From the NCBI GenBank assembly GCA_012026655.1, contig JAAILG010000954.1, forward strand, positions 1 through 64,000: a DNA stretch of 64,000 bases. The letters are read 5' to 3'. Positions 10,901 through 24,764 of this stretch are shown here, piece after piece. A program made the position numbers and the translations under genes. The DNA is from Hydrolagus affinis. Lineage: Eukaryota. The notes beneath the pieces were generated by a model. It saw only the letters and a list, made by a program, of their open reading frames with translations. It had not been told where the DNA came from and searched no databases. Position 1 is the first letter of the stretch; every line of letters begins with the position of its first letter.

Positions 10901-13900
10901 GTAGTAAAGCGTTGCAAAAGACCTTTCAACTCCCTGTTCATTATTGTGCAAACTAAACATCAGCACACAAAAATGGTGAAACAATTGAATAATCTTTGAA
11001 ACAAAAACGCAAAATACTGGAAATCTGAATCAAAAACAGAAGTCGCTGGGAACATGCAACAGGTCAGGCAACATCTATGGAGATGTCAGTTCTGCCAAAG
11101 GATCGTGGACGTGAAACGTTGACTCACTTTTCCTTTCTCCATAGATGCTGCCTTACCTGCTGAGTGTTCCCAGCGACTTCTGCTTTTAACTTTGAATCTG
11201 TTTTTAACTTTGAATCATAGTTCCTCTCAGTAGTCTTGAATGATAAAATGTGGAACATAATGTGGAAATCACTAAGCAATGTGGATTGTTCATCAAGGTA
11301 TTTCAAAACTTAGAAGGATACGTGAGAGTAGAGGTAGAATTCAGAACATAAATTCACAATTACGAAAATGTCAAACAAAAAGATAGAATACCCAGCACTC
11401 ATTCCAGCTCTAAGATCCTCTTCAACTTCCTGTACGTCCATCAACTCTGCAGCTTTCTCTTGAGCTACATAGCTAAGCCGCTGAGCAAGGTTTAGACGCT
11501 TTGAACGTGAAGCATACTTAATAGCTAGGCCCAAGACATTCTGGGTCATAAACTCAGAAAGCTCTTCACAGCGGAATTCACGTTCTAACTTGCATGACAG
11601 CTAAAAACATAAAAATAAATGTCTGTTAGATTTGATTTTCCTCTGCTTCTGAATAAATCTCATTAAAAAAAACTGATTACTTTTTACTTTATCTGTATTT
11701 TAAAAAAAATTTGGGTGAAATTAAATGTATAATGTATGGATATACGTAAACTAGTGCTGAGTTACAGTAGTTTGTGATGTGTTGTGATACATGGTCACTA
11801 GGAACCAAACTGAAGATATGCATCTCTCATTTCAATTCAGAATGGAAGAATTAAAGAACAATTAAAAAAAACTTGCATTTATACAGCGCCACTCACCAGG
11901 GTAGCATTCCAGAGCAAGAATACAGTTTTAAACTTGGGAGAAGGAGATATAGTAGGATTTCATACCTTTCATTGTCGTTTGTGCTTCAAATGAATGCTAA
12001 ATGTGTATCATTTGGTACTGAAGAATTAGAAAGCAATCTATTTAATTACTCTAAAACTTAATACTGGTAACATATTTTTCCAGGATCAATATTATAAGTT
12101 TTTAATATAAGACTTAACTTTTGTTAATGATCACTATTATCCATACATTTACTAGGTTGAGGTTGTAGAAACTAATTTGTGTGTGAACAAAAATCCCTAT
12201 AAAACCATCAGGTTTAAAACAAATTTTAAAATTTATCAGTACACATTTCTGTAAATATGGACATATATATCTGAGGTATGCAGGAAAGCAGCAGAAACTT
12301 GAGAGGGGTGAGAAACATATGTAATTTCACTTGCATGGACAGCAGAAGTTTATCAGGAATTTACTCACAGCAAACATCTTCATTAATAGCTCTTGTTGTT
12401 CTTTTAGAGCTTGGCCTTTTGCAGCTTCATCAATTTGGTAGCCATTTGTCTCCAGATAGTCAAAATGCTTATGGAACAGAACAGATCGCCAGAAGTGCTC
12501 CTAGAGGAAAAAGAGAGTTTATAACCCATGCTACCAACTTTTCAAACAGATTACTACTTTAGACTTCCCATACCTATATTCAGATCAATGCTGTCAGTGC
12601 AAAACAACAGGTTACTTAACACAAACCTCCATCTGTCCTTTTTCTGAATCAATCTGACAATAAGGAAGCTTGAATGGTAGGATTGCTACAGCTGGGCGTG
12701 GAAGTGTAGGTGGGAATCTGGATCCTTTACATGGAATACACCTGTTAGAAATGAATACAGAGATGGTCTTGCGGATATAGTTGTACAGCAGTCATTATGC
12801 AATTTATATTTCAATTTTAATATTTTTGCCCTGGAATAGGATTTTTTTTTAAAAAACTTTTTACTTCTATTGCATCATCACTATCTAATGTGTTTTGTAT
12901 CATATCCTGGCTATTCTATTTCAAACAATCACAATAAACATCTACTAAACTGCATTGTGCTTACCTGAGTTGCGCAGGATTTTCGTGGATCCCAACTATC
13001 CAGTAGTGGTCAGATTTGCCCTTGCAATGGTCCTGAATGTTACAAACAGGAATCCAGGTGTTCCCCAGAGCTCTGTTCATCATTTGCACTGTTCCTTCAG
13101 AGTCTGAAAATGCTGGGGTTCCTGTGAAAATATAATTAAAATAAGGCTTACAATAAAGATAAACCTGAACTTCAGTGAGCAACAGTAACTTTGGATCATT
13201 AATCGATTTAGAACAAGTAATTCATTAATTGCCATAAAATGAGATGGTTGTTAAAAAAAACTGAGAAAAGGAGAGCATTATAGAGGAAACAAAAAATAAT
13301 TGTGCACTATTTTGAACATACCGTATAATGTTTCTTTTGAACTAAAAAACATTGTAGAAAACATGGCAGTTTGATGCCAAGTCGAGCACTGTATACATCA
13401 GCTGTTTTTAAAAAAAAAAAATGTGTTTTACTTGTCCAATTGTCAAACCTAATAGCCTATAAAGTGTTTCTGAAATAGAATTGCACTCCAGGATTGAATC
13501 ATTTGAAACTACAAATTGCACCAATATAATATTTTTTATGACATTCAGTTGTGACACCCCGTCATTGAGACAGTCGTGTAGACAAAGCTTTAGAGTCCCT
13601 TAACTTGCATAACATTTGACCTAGAAGCACTTAATGCAGACACCAGGTGCCAAAACTGTCAAACTATCCCCATCAGCAGCACTTATAATTCGTCACACTC
13701 ACAAGGTCAAAATCTGTGTTTTATTTCTTGCAGGATATTTATCTTCAACAGCTATTTATCCTGCAGGATAAAAGCTGATTGTTTCGTTCAAAATTATACT
13801 TATATCTCCAAATACAAAACACAGACCACCTCCAAACCACCTACGCCCTCTGCTGTCATTAGGTTGCAATGAATTTCCCCTGTGAAACATGGTGATACTG

Positions 13901-16900
13901 CAATAAACAAATATAAAATTGCCATTAATGCATTATTTTAAAACCTTCCAGGAAATGACAGGATTAATGCATCTTATTTCTTGATATGTTTAGAACATTT
14001 TTTTGTTCCCTCAGGTACAATGTAGTAAAGTGTTGCAAAAGACCTTTCAACTCCCCCTTCACCAGGATTTCATCTCTTCCACTGTGTTTTGTGTTGCAAT
14101 AGTTCCGAAAATGTACATTATTGGTCACTGGAGCAGATATTAAAGATCCACATTCTCACCTTCAGCAGAGAAGCCCTGCCAGGTTAGGTATGATTTCCGG
14201 GTGATAGGGAGAGCAACTCCTTGCAGAATCTGTTTACTTTTTCCTAATTCCATTAGTTGCATTCCCAGACATTGATCTCCATCAAACCCGATGCCTGAGA
14301 AGAAACCAAAATATAATATTTGTAATATTTCTAAAGCCCCAAAACGTTTGGGAAGAGAATATTTCAAATAATAGAACTGAATGGCTGAGTGGTTAGATTG
14401 TATTCAAGCAGTATAAGCAATTACAAATCGATTTTGAAATTTCCAATAATTACTCTACTGTATACAACAGGCATAAAGCACTAAGAGTTTGATTAGATTT
14501 TTTAAAAATCAGGCTGTAATTGTTAGGTAGGCATTCCACAGCTGCAAAGGCTTCCACATCTGGTTGACGGTTGGAGAGGAATTAACATATCCAACATCTA
14601 ACCAAATAATAGGCTTAAGAAGCTTAAACTGGCAATAATGTATTTTGAGCAAAGCAGCAGTTCTTCTGTATGATCTGTCTGTGCACAAGACATTTAGAAC
14701 AGTGTAGTGACAGAAACTGAAGCTGACTTTGAAAGCAATTATATGAAGAGAAAACAGAACCTGGCCATTTGAAACAGAATCAGTGAAGGTAATTGGATGG
14801 CAAAGAGACAATAAATATCCCAAAGTAATTTCAGTGGTTCCCAAATATACTTATTATGTTTGTGCTTAGGCCCTCTTTATAGAAGAACCCATCACCTCCT
14901 GAAGCTATTTACCAGTAGAAAATTGAAGGCATGGTACAAATAGCCTCTTGTTTCAATTGAAAAGACTACATCTCAATTACATTTTGTCACTTCCAGGCTG
15001 GGAAATTTCTAAAATTCATGTAGATAATGCTGCCATGGCTATGAGAAAACTAAGGACCTGCAATAACAGCTACATAATCTTAAAAACACGCAAACGTATT
15101 TCCATGCATTCTATCAGCTTTATTGGTATGGTTAACGAGCCCTCGGATACAAACAAGCAGAACAGCAAGACTGATCTCCTCAAGTAAAATCAAGGAGGAG
15201 TGGGAGGCACTGGCTCATTCATCATTTACCTGCAACAAACAGAATGAAAGAGTCAGCTGGAAATTCTCAACTGCACTACCTACTATTTTAACCCAGCACT
15301 GCTGGCTAATTATGCTGGGAGTACAAAGGAAAGAACACTTGGCATCTTAAATGCCTACTACTGTATATCCTCAAGATCAAGCCCATTCTCTATCAGAATA
15401 TGTTTGTTGGGTGTCAGCAGATGCACCATTGTACTGTATATATTTACCTAAAGGAACATTGACTCGTATATTCATGATTTTCCTCTTGATAGAACATTGT
15501 TTTGCAAACGTGTGGTATAAATATTTTAAAATAAAAAACTGATAGTATTAAGAATCCCTTAGAAATTCTTATGATTATTTATGCTGGAATCTCAACTAGT
15601 TTCGATAATAGTGTTTCCCCTGCTCCCTTAGGTTTAGGGCATATATTGAATTGGGACGTCCTCTCAACGTGAAAGGCGCTATATAAATGTAAGTTTTGAT
15701 TGATTTGATTGATTGAGTCTTCAGAAGTTGCTTTGGACAAGGCATGCAGCAAATTTTTAACATTTAAAAAATGTTTTGACTTTATTCAGAATTTTTCAGG
15801 GGGTTCAGCATTCAAAGATTATAATGCTTGCAGAATTTGAAAGCCATCTTTCACCTAATACAGTAAAAGCCTATTTATCCGGCACCCGATCAACCGTAAC
15901 TTCCGTATAACTGGCATCGCAAAAAAAAAGGTCCACATTCGGAATTTATCCAGAAAAATGCATTGAATTTTTTTTAAATTATTTTTGCGTTTTCAGCCAA
16001 ATATCCGGCATGCACTTTAACTGGCATTGGCCAGGTCCCGAGGGTGCCGGATAAACGGGCTTTTACTGTACTTAGTTTTCCAAGTTTCCATAGTCTAAAA
16101 GATAAGACAGGCTGACTCCCCTTCCAGTGAATCTTAGGGCCCTATACAAGTCATATTTAGGCAATTTCAGCCCATTTCTGAGAGGTGAGAGTCCTCGGTA
16201 CAAACTGATCTAAGAATCAGCACAAATTGGCGATTTTGTTTATAGAAACCACAAGACTTGTGTAGAAAATTAAAGTTACGATGAAGGCACATTTTGCCTT
16301 CATTATAGAGTTTTAATCTAAACTGTACGCACTTTACTAAACAGTAACAGCATCAAATTTCAAATCTACTTACCTCTGTGATGAGAAATCAGTAGCTGCT
16401 GTCCGTGCCCTGTCATGGACACGACAGGTCCTGCTAGACTGAAGATTTCCTTCTGTACACCACCAATACTGAAGATGCGAATAATCTGGGCATCAGTAGA
16501 AACAGCAGCCCAACCTTTACCCAGGCAAATAGCTTGAATGTTTTCATCTTTTGGCATAACTATCATCCACTCCTTATTTGCATCCGTGGAACTGAAGTGA
16601 ATGCACTGGAGTGTGCTGTTGGAAAGAAAATTGTAGTACTTTGCTTTATAAAGGAAGGCTTCATACAAATAGCCTCTTGTTTCAATTGGAAAGACTACAT
16701 CTCAGCTATATTTTGTCAAGTGGAATCCTGTAGCTCAGTGGTTAGAGCACTCGCCTTTCAAGCGAGAGACCTGGGTTCGTTTTCAGGCAGGGCGAAACTT
16801 TGGATAAGTTTCCTTACTCCACATGCCTGATTATAATCCCTCAAAACAATAATAAAATTGGTCATTTCAATCCACAACTATTTGTGGGACACTGCTGTGC

Positions 16901-19900
16901 GCTATTGGCTGCCACGCTTCATTCACATATATAGTCAATTCGCTTTACAAACGCTTTGAGATGCCTAGAAGACATGAAAAGTGCTATAATGCAAGGATTA
17001 TTATTATTAGATAGAATACTTGAAAATGCATAATAACTTACTTTTTGGAAAACAACTTGAGAGTTTGTTGAGCTGAATCCCAAAGGCAAACAATATAGAG
17101 CTTCCCCAATGGTGTGATGTACTGGATCAGACTTGTGAAGCACTACAACATATTAGAACTACTACAAATTAAATTGAGAAATTCCCAAGTTCTCAACCAC
17201 ACTGGTCATTTTCATCTTTTGGGTAGAAAAGATCTACCAAGATGGTTGATCCATCACTAGGTTGTGCAATTACAGGGAGGAAAGCTGTTTCTTTTCCTGT
17301 TCCTGGGTATCAATACTGGAACAATGGACTTGAAAAGTTTAATACTGTGCAAGACAGCAATTCGCATTTAAATCTGCTAGGCTGAGTTTTGAAAGTAAAA
17401 GGGGGCAAAATAAATAAAAAGGTTATCAAAAAGCAATGACAAAAATGTTTCAGTTCAGGTACCCCCAAAATTGTAAATCAATCAAGTAACACTTGTGATG
17501 TAGTAGGTGCTAATTCATTAAGTACAACTTATTCTTGACAAATAAAACATAAGACATCACTGGCCTATCTTTTACCTGGGCAGCTCATCAGATTTCTCAC
17601 AAGCTAGTAACACTGCTTCCTGTGATAAATCAGCCATGGTGTGGTTCAGGACATTGGTCAGGTGCATCGCATGGTGTACAGAGGTATCATGAAATTCCAC
17701 ATCAATAGCATTATCTTGTACATCATTGTAGCAGCGAATAATACCAACTGAATTCCACATCTAGCAATCAATCAGAAGCAATCAATTAACAAATAAAGAA
17801 TGCAGTGTCTTAACTTTAAGTGCTTAACTTTAAGTAACTCTAAGCGCTCTGAGATGCCATCCGGCGTGGAAGGTGCTATATAAATCGAAGTTGTTGTTGT
17901 TGTTAACTCCAGCCTGTACCTGCAAAAGTATTTGGTTTTAAAATGTAATGCACCGATTCCTTTTAAGTGCTACAGAAAACTGACTTGCAAATTAAGTGAT
18001 CTTTTTTTTTAAAAAAGTGAATTTAACAATATTCCACAATTTTCCATGATCTTACATTTTGAAGGACAAAATAATCTCGGAGGCTAAAATTATAGGACTC
18101 AGGACCCTGAATTATCAACAATCATAATGGAAAGAGACATTTGCAGATCATTTTGAGGTAGGCTTTAAATAGATGCATTTTTATATTTTAACCAGCAACA
18201 GAAAATTAAAACTAATTGCAATAATTTCCTAAGTTTTGATGAATTATGTTCTACAAATTGAAATTTAAAAAGAAAAAAACACAACTACATTAACAAATAC
18301 ATTTCCTTTCACTCAGATAATTGGCCTTGGTTTCAACTGAGGAGGAAGTGTGTTCTATGGAATAGTCATGCAGTCCTACATATTACGAAGAGTGATAGTG
18401 TAGGTTTGCAGGTCTCCTATTCCTTTAACAGATCATGTTAATAAGTGCTTTGAAACAGATGTTGAGTATAATGTAACCCTATTATGTATAGGCACTGTGC
18501 ATCTCCTGAATCTAGCTGTCTACTTCACTTTTAAGATGGCACAATCTGAATTAGTTACACACCATGGTCCTGTGCTTACCATGAACCTATGCATAAGATG
18601 AGAGGGTGTGGAACAAGGCTGAAACGGCTTCTGCTGAGGTGTCGGCATTGGCCCAGAATAACGTACTGATTCTGGTACAGTTGGTCTACTAACAGCTTGG
18701 TCACCATCATCAGTTCGATCTTCCTGGGTGGGAGATCCAATATCTGAAAACAATTCAAAATGATAGAATAATATTTTTACACTCATCAAATGGAAAGGTG
18801 ATGAAATCCCCCATTATTCAATGAAAATGAAGTTAATATTAAATAAAAAAGTTAATTTTTTAAAGTCATTTAAATTATAGAACAGATACAGTGATTATTG
18901 CTGTGCCATACCGTGGGAGTTATCATCATCAATAACACGATGAATTTTGGATCGGCTGCGCGGAGTCTTCATATCGTACTCGCCATCATCTTCATCATCA
19001 TCCACTAATGGCTGCCGTGTTGGTGACGACTGTGACAGATTTAGGCGATCCTTTGTTTGCAAGTCATTGTCATCTTCATCAAAAAGCTCATCAAAACTAG
19101 GAGCTGCTTTTGAAGTTGGTTTCTAAACAAAAGCACATGCAGTATTTTAATTACAAAAGAAATGGAAATTGAAGATCGTGAATGACAAGTACCCACAGAA
19201 TTATAAATGGAATCATATAATTAAAATTACCTTATTGCCAGAATCTACTAAAACATCTTCAAGAAGTCCAAGATTTCCTTCACAGTCTGTATATGCTATT
19301 TTTCCTCCTTTGGGATGCCATGCCATTGCAGAGATTTTGAAAGCCTTTTCATGCTGCAACCTATAGAAGTACATATCTAAGCTTAATTTAGAATATATTT
19401 ATTCCAATAATTATTAACCATTTCCGAATGTCAATTAAGAATAGCAAACTGGAATAGTATGATGCCTCTGAAATAGCTAGAATATTCTCCAAACTGCAGT
19501 TAGGGGTTTAAATTCTGAAACTTGTAGTAGTATGGAGAAATACAACTAAAACAGTTACACTGCTAACATCTTCTCAATAAACCTGCAAACAGCTGATAAA
19601 CAGCCATAACTGAACTGATTTGCAGCAAAAAGCTTGGTGGATCATTTCTCCCCCAAATAAAAATGTGGACCTTCACATCACACATCTTTTAAAGGTCAAT
19701 TATCAAGCTATTAAGATTTTTAGAAAAATGTTTTATTTCATAGTTTATTTCCCATTTAACTCAATTACGCCTAATCATATATTGCTCCCATATCTGTAGA
19801 GGTTCTCACACCACATTTCTTGCATTATTGGATGGGACACAGAAAGAAAGAGACCACACAAACTAACACACAATCTTTCTCTCTTCTATTCGCTAACATC

Positions 19901-22900
19901 TCAACTAGTCATAATCTTGCGCTCTTTTATTGATTCTATTAGGTTTATAGATTCTCTGAATCTTCCTCACAAATTCCAAATATGCCATCCCGTTTGCTTT
20001 TCCTGCATCCTCAGCATTGAAATCAAAACTCATCACAATCTCTCCTACACTATTATAATTGTCCTAATGTTTATACAGTAATGCTAGAGGTATTTTAGTC
20101 ATGGCTCTCTATAAATAACAGCGTTAACAATATGGAAGCATCAACAAATATAAATGTTTGACCTTTAATACCTTACAGACACTGTATCCTTCCAATTCTC
20201 AACATCAGAATGCAATGAAGTAATCATACATGAATACAAGGAATATTTTACCTTTCAACACACTCTTTCGTCTTTACATTCCACACCACCATAGATCCAT
20301 TAGCACTGCCAGCAGCCAAGTAGCAACCACAAGGAGACCATGATACAACATTTATTGGCTGAAGAAAGAAGAGTATTTTTACCAAAGTTTTTCTACACAA
20401 AACATATGCAATTTCAACTAAATTTAAATAAAGAGCAATTATTTTTTGGAATATTAAAAGAATTGCCCCGTGTAACCTTCAAAGGAAGAAGGACTACTGT
20501 ACAAATGTTCCATTAACATTTTAAAATCACAATCAATGAAAGCATTTATTTTCTGATTTTTCTACATATGCATTAGAATGTTGATGCAGCGATATTATCT
20601 GACCATTAATCATGATCAATATAGGACATGTAAAATATTACAGTACAGGTGATGCTCAAGTCTCCAGTCGATGAGAACTTTTACTAATGCATATGTTTCT
20701 CTATATTAAAGTACAGTACAGCTATTTTCAACTATAATGTAATACTTACCTCAGTGATGCTATGATCTGAAAGATCAAAACTGTTTTGCCAGGTTTCTCT
20801 TTCATATAGTTTAATGGTTCTATCCACTGGAATGGCCAGGAACTGTATGCATTCACCATACAGAAAAGGACAATAAATTATAATGCAAAAAAATGTTCAA
20901 ATTATTACCAGAATTAAATATCCATTTATCTATCCATCTTAGAGGATAAAATCAGGTTCAAGCTATGTCGCTCCACAGCTGAAATATCAGTTAAACTGAC
21001 AAAGTTTACAAATACAACATGGCCAATTTGAGCAATTGAGGACAGCTTGCAGCAGTGGCATTAAATCCCAGTGAAATCCAGTGCCTTCCAGAGAGGGCAA
21101 AAGAGAACTAAAATGGGGATTGATTTGAATTAAAATTCAGGGTTCTTAAAGCAAAACGCAAACAAGAATATTTTTAACTATTCAATGTATTTAATCAGCA
21201 AAGTTTTTAAACTTATGATTTCTCAAGCCACTTATTAAACTCCTCCACGAAAATAATTATTGTCTTTAGTGACACAATTTTGATCTGTATGATTAATTTA
21301 CCCAGAATAGTATTGAACATCAGTGTTGTTTGCCCAACAAACAGTAATCTTGACTGAGTCATAGCTGTGAAAATTAATTTCAGTGTGCTATTCTTTGTGT
21401 GGAAGGGTGTGAAAGGCGCTGTACAAATGTAATTTTGTTGCTGTTATTGGAGGGTAGTAACTTACCGTTCCAGTCTTTGACTGCCATTCAAGTCTACAGA
21501 TGGACGAAGTTAAGCTGACATCATTGTGTATTTTTAACAGCGACCAATTTATTACACGTGTCTACAAGAGAAAAGTTTTGTTTAATACAAGTATTCTCTC
21601 ATTCATTAAATACTATTTTGATTATCTTGTAAATTATTTTAATCAGATTTAAGAATTATAATTAATGCAACAGTTTTTCCAGTCTGTCTTGCTTAATGTA
21701 AATAGAGTCCACTAAAGGTGATTTTACAAGTCAATAAACTAAATACCTAATACAGCTCAGTGAGGGAAACTTTGATCCTGCAATCTAAATGAAAAGCTTG
21801 AGAAACCTGAAGTTCAAAATAGCTAAAAACTACAGATTAGATAAGGCATTGTATTCAATTTCCATACACATATGCAGCAGAGAAGATGGAACATTCATTC
21901 TGATCAGTTCTTTGTGTCTTGCAATTTCCTATAAAAGGTGCCCATCTTACCTGATCTGCAATTTTCCAGACAAATACTGAACCATCACAGCTAGATGAGG
22001 CCTGTGAAATGAAAAACATTATGATGGTTATGTACCGTACTGACCTTTTCATATTACAGTAAAAGCCTGTTTATCCGGCACCCTCGGGACCTGGCCAATG
22101 CTGGTTAAAGTGCGTGCCGGATATTCGGCCGAAAATGCCCCCCCCGCCCACCAAAAAAAAAAATATATGTATATTTCAATGCATTTTTCCGGATAAATTC
22201 CGGTTAATCGAATGAGGACCTTTTTTTTTAGCAATGCCGGTTATACGGAAGTTACAGTTGATCGGGTGCCAGATAAATGGGCTTTTACTGTATTAGGTAC
22301 CATAGGTATATTAAAACAAAAATGCTGCACTTGTGTAATTGACTTTACAGAATATATTTCATAGAAGTTGTATTAACAGTTTACCAGAAATACATCCTTT
22401 GGATCAAAAGCAACACTGAGGACTGGACCACTGTGACCTCGAAAAGTCTTCTGTTGGCTGTTGTCACTAATATCAATGATCTTCACCATAAAGTCACTGC
22501 AAGGTACACAGTTGAAAAAAAATCAGACCACACGAGCAAATAATAATACAAAACTAATAGAATAACAACTTGCATTTAAAGAGCATCCTTTACATGGGAT
22601 GAGTCTTGGAGAGCTTTTAATAAACAATAAAGTGTAAATAAAAACATTAATCTCTTGCGATTACTAAAAAGTTTACATTTCTAAATAAAATGCTTGCATT
22701 TGTTTGCGATAGTACATTGAAATCAACACAAACGTAATCTAGATTTTTATTCCACATCTTGTTATGTTCACATCTCACGTCTAAAAATAATAATAATCCT
22801 TGCATTTGATATAGCGCTTTTCATGTCTTCTAGACGTCTCAAAGCACTTCACAGAATATACTGGAAATTGAATTGACTGTATATTTGTGGGAAAAATGTG

Positions 22901-24076
22901 GCAGACAATTGCGCATAGCAGTGTCCCACAAACAGTCGTGGATTGAAATGACCAATATACAATTCAATTAAATTGAAAACTAAAAATTCTGGGATAACAG
23001 AGATAATGGAGATAATAGAGATGGGCATGAAATATTTGCACCATCTGTGAAGTTACCTGGAACCAACAGCGACTTGGGTGCCTGAGTTATTGAAGACGAC
23101 ATGGTTTGCTTCTGCAGTGAAACGAGTTAGAATTCCATCTGGTGTACCCTCAGGAAAGGAATGAACTTGAACTATGTTGTTAGAAACAGTAGTGACAAGC
23201 AGTCCATTCTAAAATCAGAAACAAATGTATTTAAGGTAAGTATTAATCCTTTAGAACCATTTTAAAGAGAGAAAAATGCACTGCTTAGATCTGAACAAAT
23301 GGCAATACAGCAAAGACAATATGTTGAAAAGACATATTACTGAATGTAGTACAGCGCATAAAGTCAATTAGAAGAAGCAACTGTAATTTATGAGAATGGG
23401 AATTTAGATTATCTGAACAGAGCAAAGAAATCACATACCTTTAGAGCCACAGAATAAACCTTTTCGCCCATATTGATTGATTTAGGATCATCATCATCCA
23501 GACTTTCCCATATCCTAACATCTCCATCACTGCCAGCTGTCACAATAAATCTGAAATGCCAAACAGACGAATGCCTGATTATAACAATGAGAAAGTTACA
23601 TTTATAGAGCGCCTTTCATGTCCCAAGGCGCTGAACAGTCAGGGGGTCAGGTTAATTTCTTACATAAGATTATTTCAATTATATTGTCATCAATTTGTAT
23701 ATAAATACCAAGTCATGGAACCTTTCGACCCATTTCGGCATTCATTGTCAACACCTTCAATCATAGTGTAGATAGAGGGGAAAACTCTATTCTGCTCTAT
23801 TCCAATGTTTATTTATTGTTTTTGCCTCTACAGTTTTCTCCTTCCTCAACACTGAATTGTGCTGAGGTATGTATGGCTTGTAGGATATGGTGCACAAGAG
23901 ATACAAGAGGTAAAAAGCTGACATTTGTACACTAGAACTACTTTTAAAAGAAAAGTAATCAGAACCAAAGTTGTACAGATTATAGTGTTTACAACTTACC
24001 TTCCACTTTCACAGTAGCAAATTCCAGTGTACCCATCTGGATGAGCATATCGCATTGGCTTTTTCTCAGCTGGCAT
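4901..24076 (-). CDS. WDHD1: WD repeat and HMG-box DNA-binding protein 1 (And-1/Ctf4), 25 coding exons, ~1128 aa
   Basis: Coding exons (- strand, GT-AG, phases consistent, sum 3387 nt): 24000-24076, 23439-23550, 23057-23208, 22385-22496, 21951-22001, 21466-21561, 20750-20842, 20252-20358, 19231-19360, 18912-19122, 18580-18743, 17576-17760, 16374-16615, 14160-14294, 12965-13121, 12627-12741, 12369-12500, 11392-11600, 10299-10453, 9639-9695, 8730-8773, 8237-8410, 7634-7758, 7259-7394, 4901-5116. Starts MPAEKKPMRYAHPDG. SepB motif WNSVGIIRCY...DVEFHD, HMG box PKTGFQLWLEENR, ends KLSAFAFKKD*. Confidence 0.95.
5455..5610 (+). mobile_element. Penelope-like element terminal fragment with inverted repeat
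   Basis: ctgacgaagggttgtag..cgaaacgttgact..ctccatggatgctgcttgacctgctgagt is typical of fish/shark PLE ends. 5455-5550 is a long imperfect palindrome. Confidence 0.7.
6820..6945 (+). mobile_element. Degenerate CR1 3' tail
   Basis: attaaggaatatgggg...atgatctc...gcagaacagacttgatgggctaaatggcttcttcctg resembles the end of 33758-34507. Confidence 0.55.
11005..11195. mobile_element. Penelope-like element remnant, head-to-head inverted arms
   Basis: Left arm cagaagtcgctgggaaca..caggt..catctatggaga is complementary to right arm tctccatagatg..acctgctgagtgttcccagcgacttctg. Confidence 0.7.
15861..16068 (+). mobile_element. Tc1/mariner (pogo/Tigger-like) MITE, copy A
   Basis: TIRs cagtaaaagcc..tttatccggcaccc / gggtgccggataaa..ggcttttactg, flanked by a TA target duplication. 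Confidence 0.88.
16720..17009 (+). mobile_element. tRNA-derived SINE with L2-type tail
   Basis: Head gtggaatcctgtagctcagtggttagagcactcgcc (A box) ... gggttcg (B box). Tail gcgct..aatgcaaggattattatt. Confidence 0.88.
22057..22290 (-). mobile_element. Tc1/mariner MITE, copy B (inverted relative to copy A)
   Basis: Same TIRs and TA flanks. The interior is the reverse complement of 15861-16068. Confidence 0.88.
22786..22955 (-). mobile_element. 5'-truncated SINE (3' half)
   Basis: aataataatccttgcatttgatatagcgcttttcatgtc...ttgaaatgacc. Similar tail-only fragments near 3030-3140, 3290-3382, 7540-7610, 9355-9460, 44235-44320. Confidence 0.8.
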
Positions 24077-24184
24077 TGTTAAATTGATTCACCTGCTTTA
24101 GAAAAATACCTTTTACTTTTGAAAAAAAAAGTATAACATGGCTGCGTAGGTTAGGATACGTTACGACCTACAAAAACAAGATTG

Positions 24185-24520
24185 ACTTTCATGTCGGGAG
24201 GACATCCTAAGGCGCTGGACTGTTTTGGACAAGAGCTGGAGGTCGGGATCGGGGAGGAAGAAAGGTGAACGACGGTACAGTCGAAGAGGACAGTCTTAAG
24301 ATGGAAGGGGTTGAGGCAGAGGGACTGCAGGATGGAGTTCCAGAGAGTTGGGGTAGAGTGGCTACCAATGGTGAGGCAGGTGACATAAAGGAGGCCAAAT
24401 GGAGCAGGCAAGGATATTAGGAAATCCCATGGAGGGCTTTGAAAGTGAGGACGAGGACCTTGAACAGTATCCTCTGTGTGTTGAAAAGCCAGTGGAGTCA
24501 TGCTAGGATGGGGGTGATAG
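24185..24520 (-). mobile_element. L2 LINE 3' fragment
   Basis: Similar to 26438-26830 (ctttcatgtcgggaggacatcctaaggcgctggac...gagttccagag). Confidence 0.75.
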
Positions 24521-24764
24521 GGTTGTACTTCACAGGATATACCCTAAAGTGGGTTGACTATTGTGTATTTAGTGGAACCCACAATATTCTCTCTCACTTT
24601 GTCACTCATTCATCTGTCTGTCACTCACACACACAATATATAACAGTAATCGTTCATTTGATATAGCGCCTTACCCATTATCCATTGTTAAATCAAGAAT
24701 AGTTTTTGATCTTCAAGGTGATATATTACCTTGTGGCTATCATAGTACTATATTACTAATATAG

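Noticed and set aside
16721-16795. tRNA-like sequences (also ~24767, 38815, 40085, 43780, 46260, 56385)
   Set aside because: SINE heads: degenerate acceptor stems, each joined to the same SINE body and tail.
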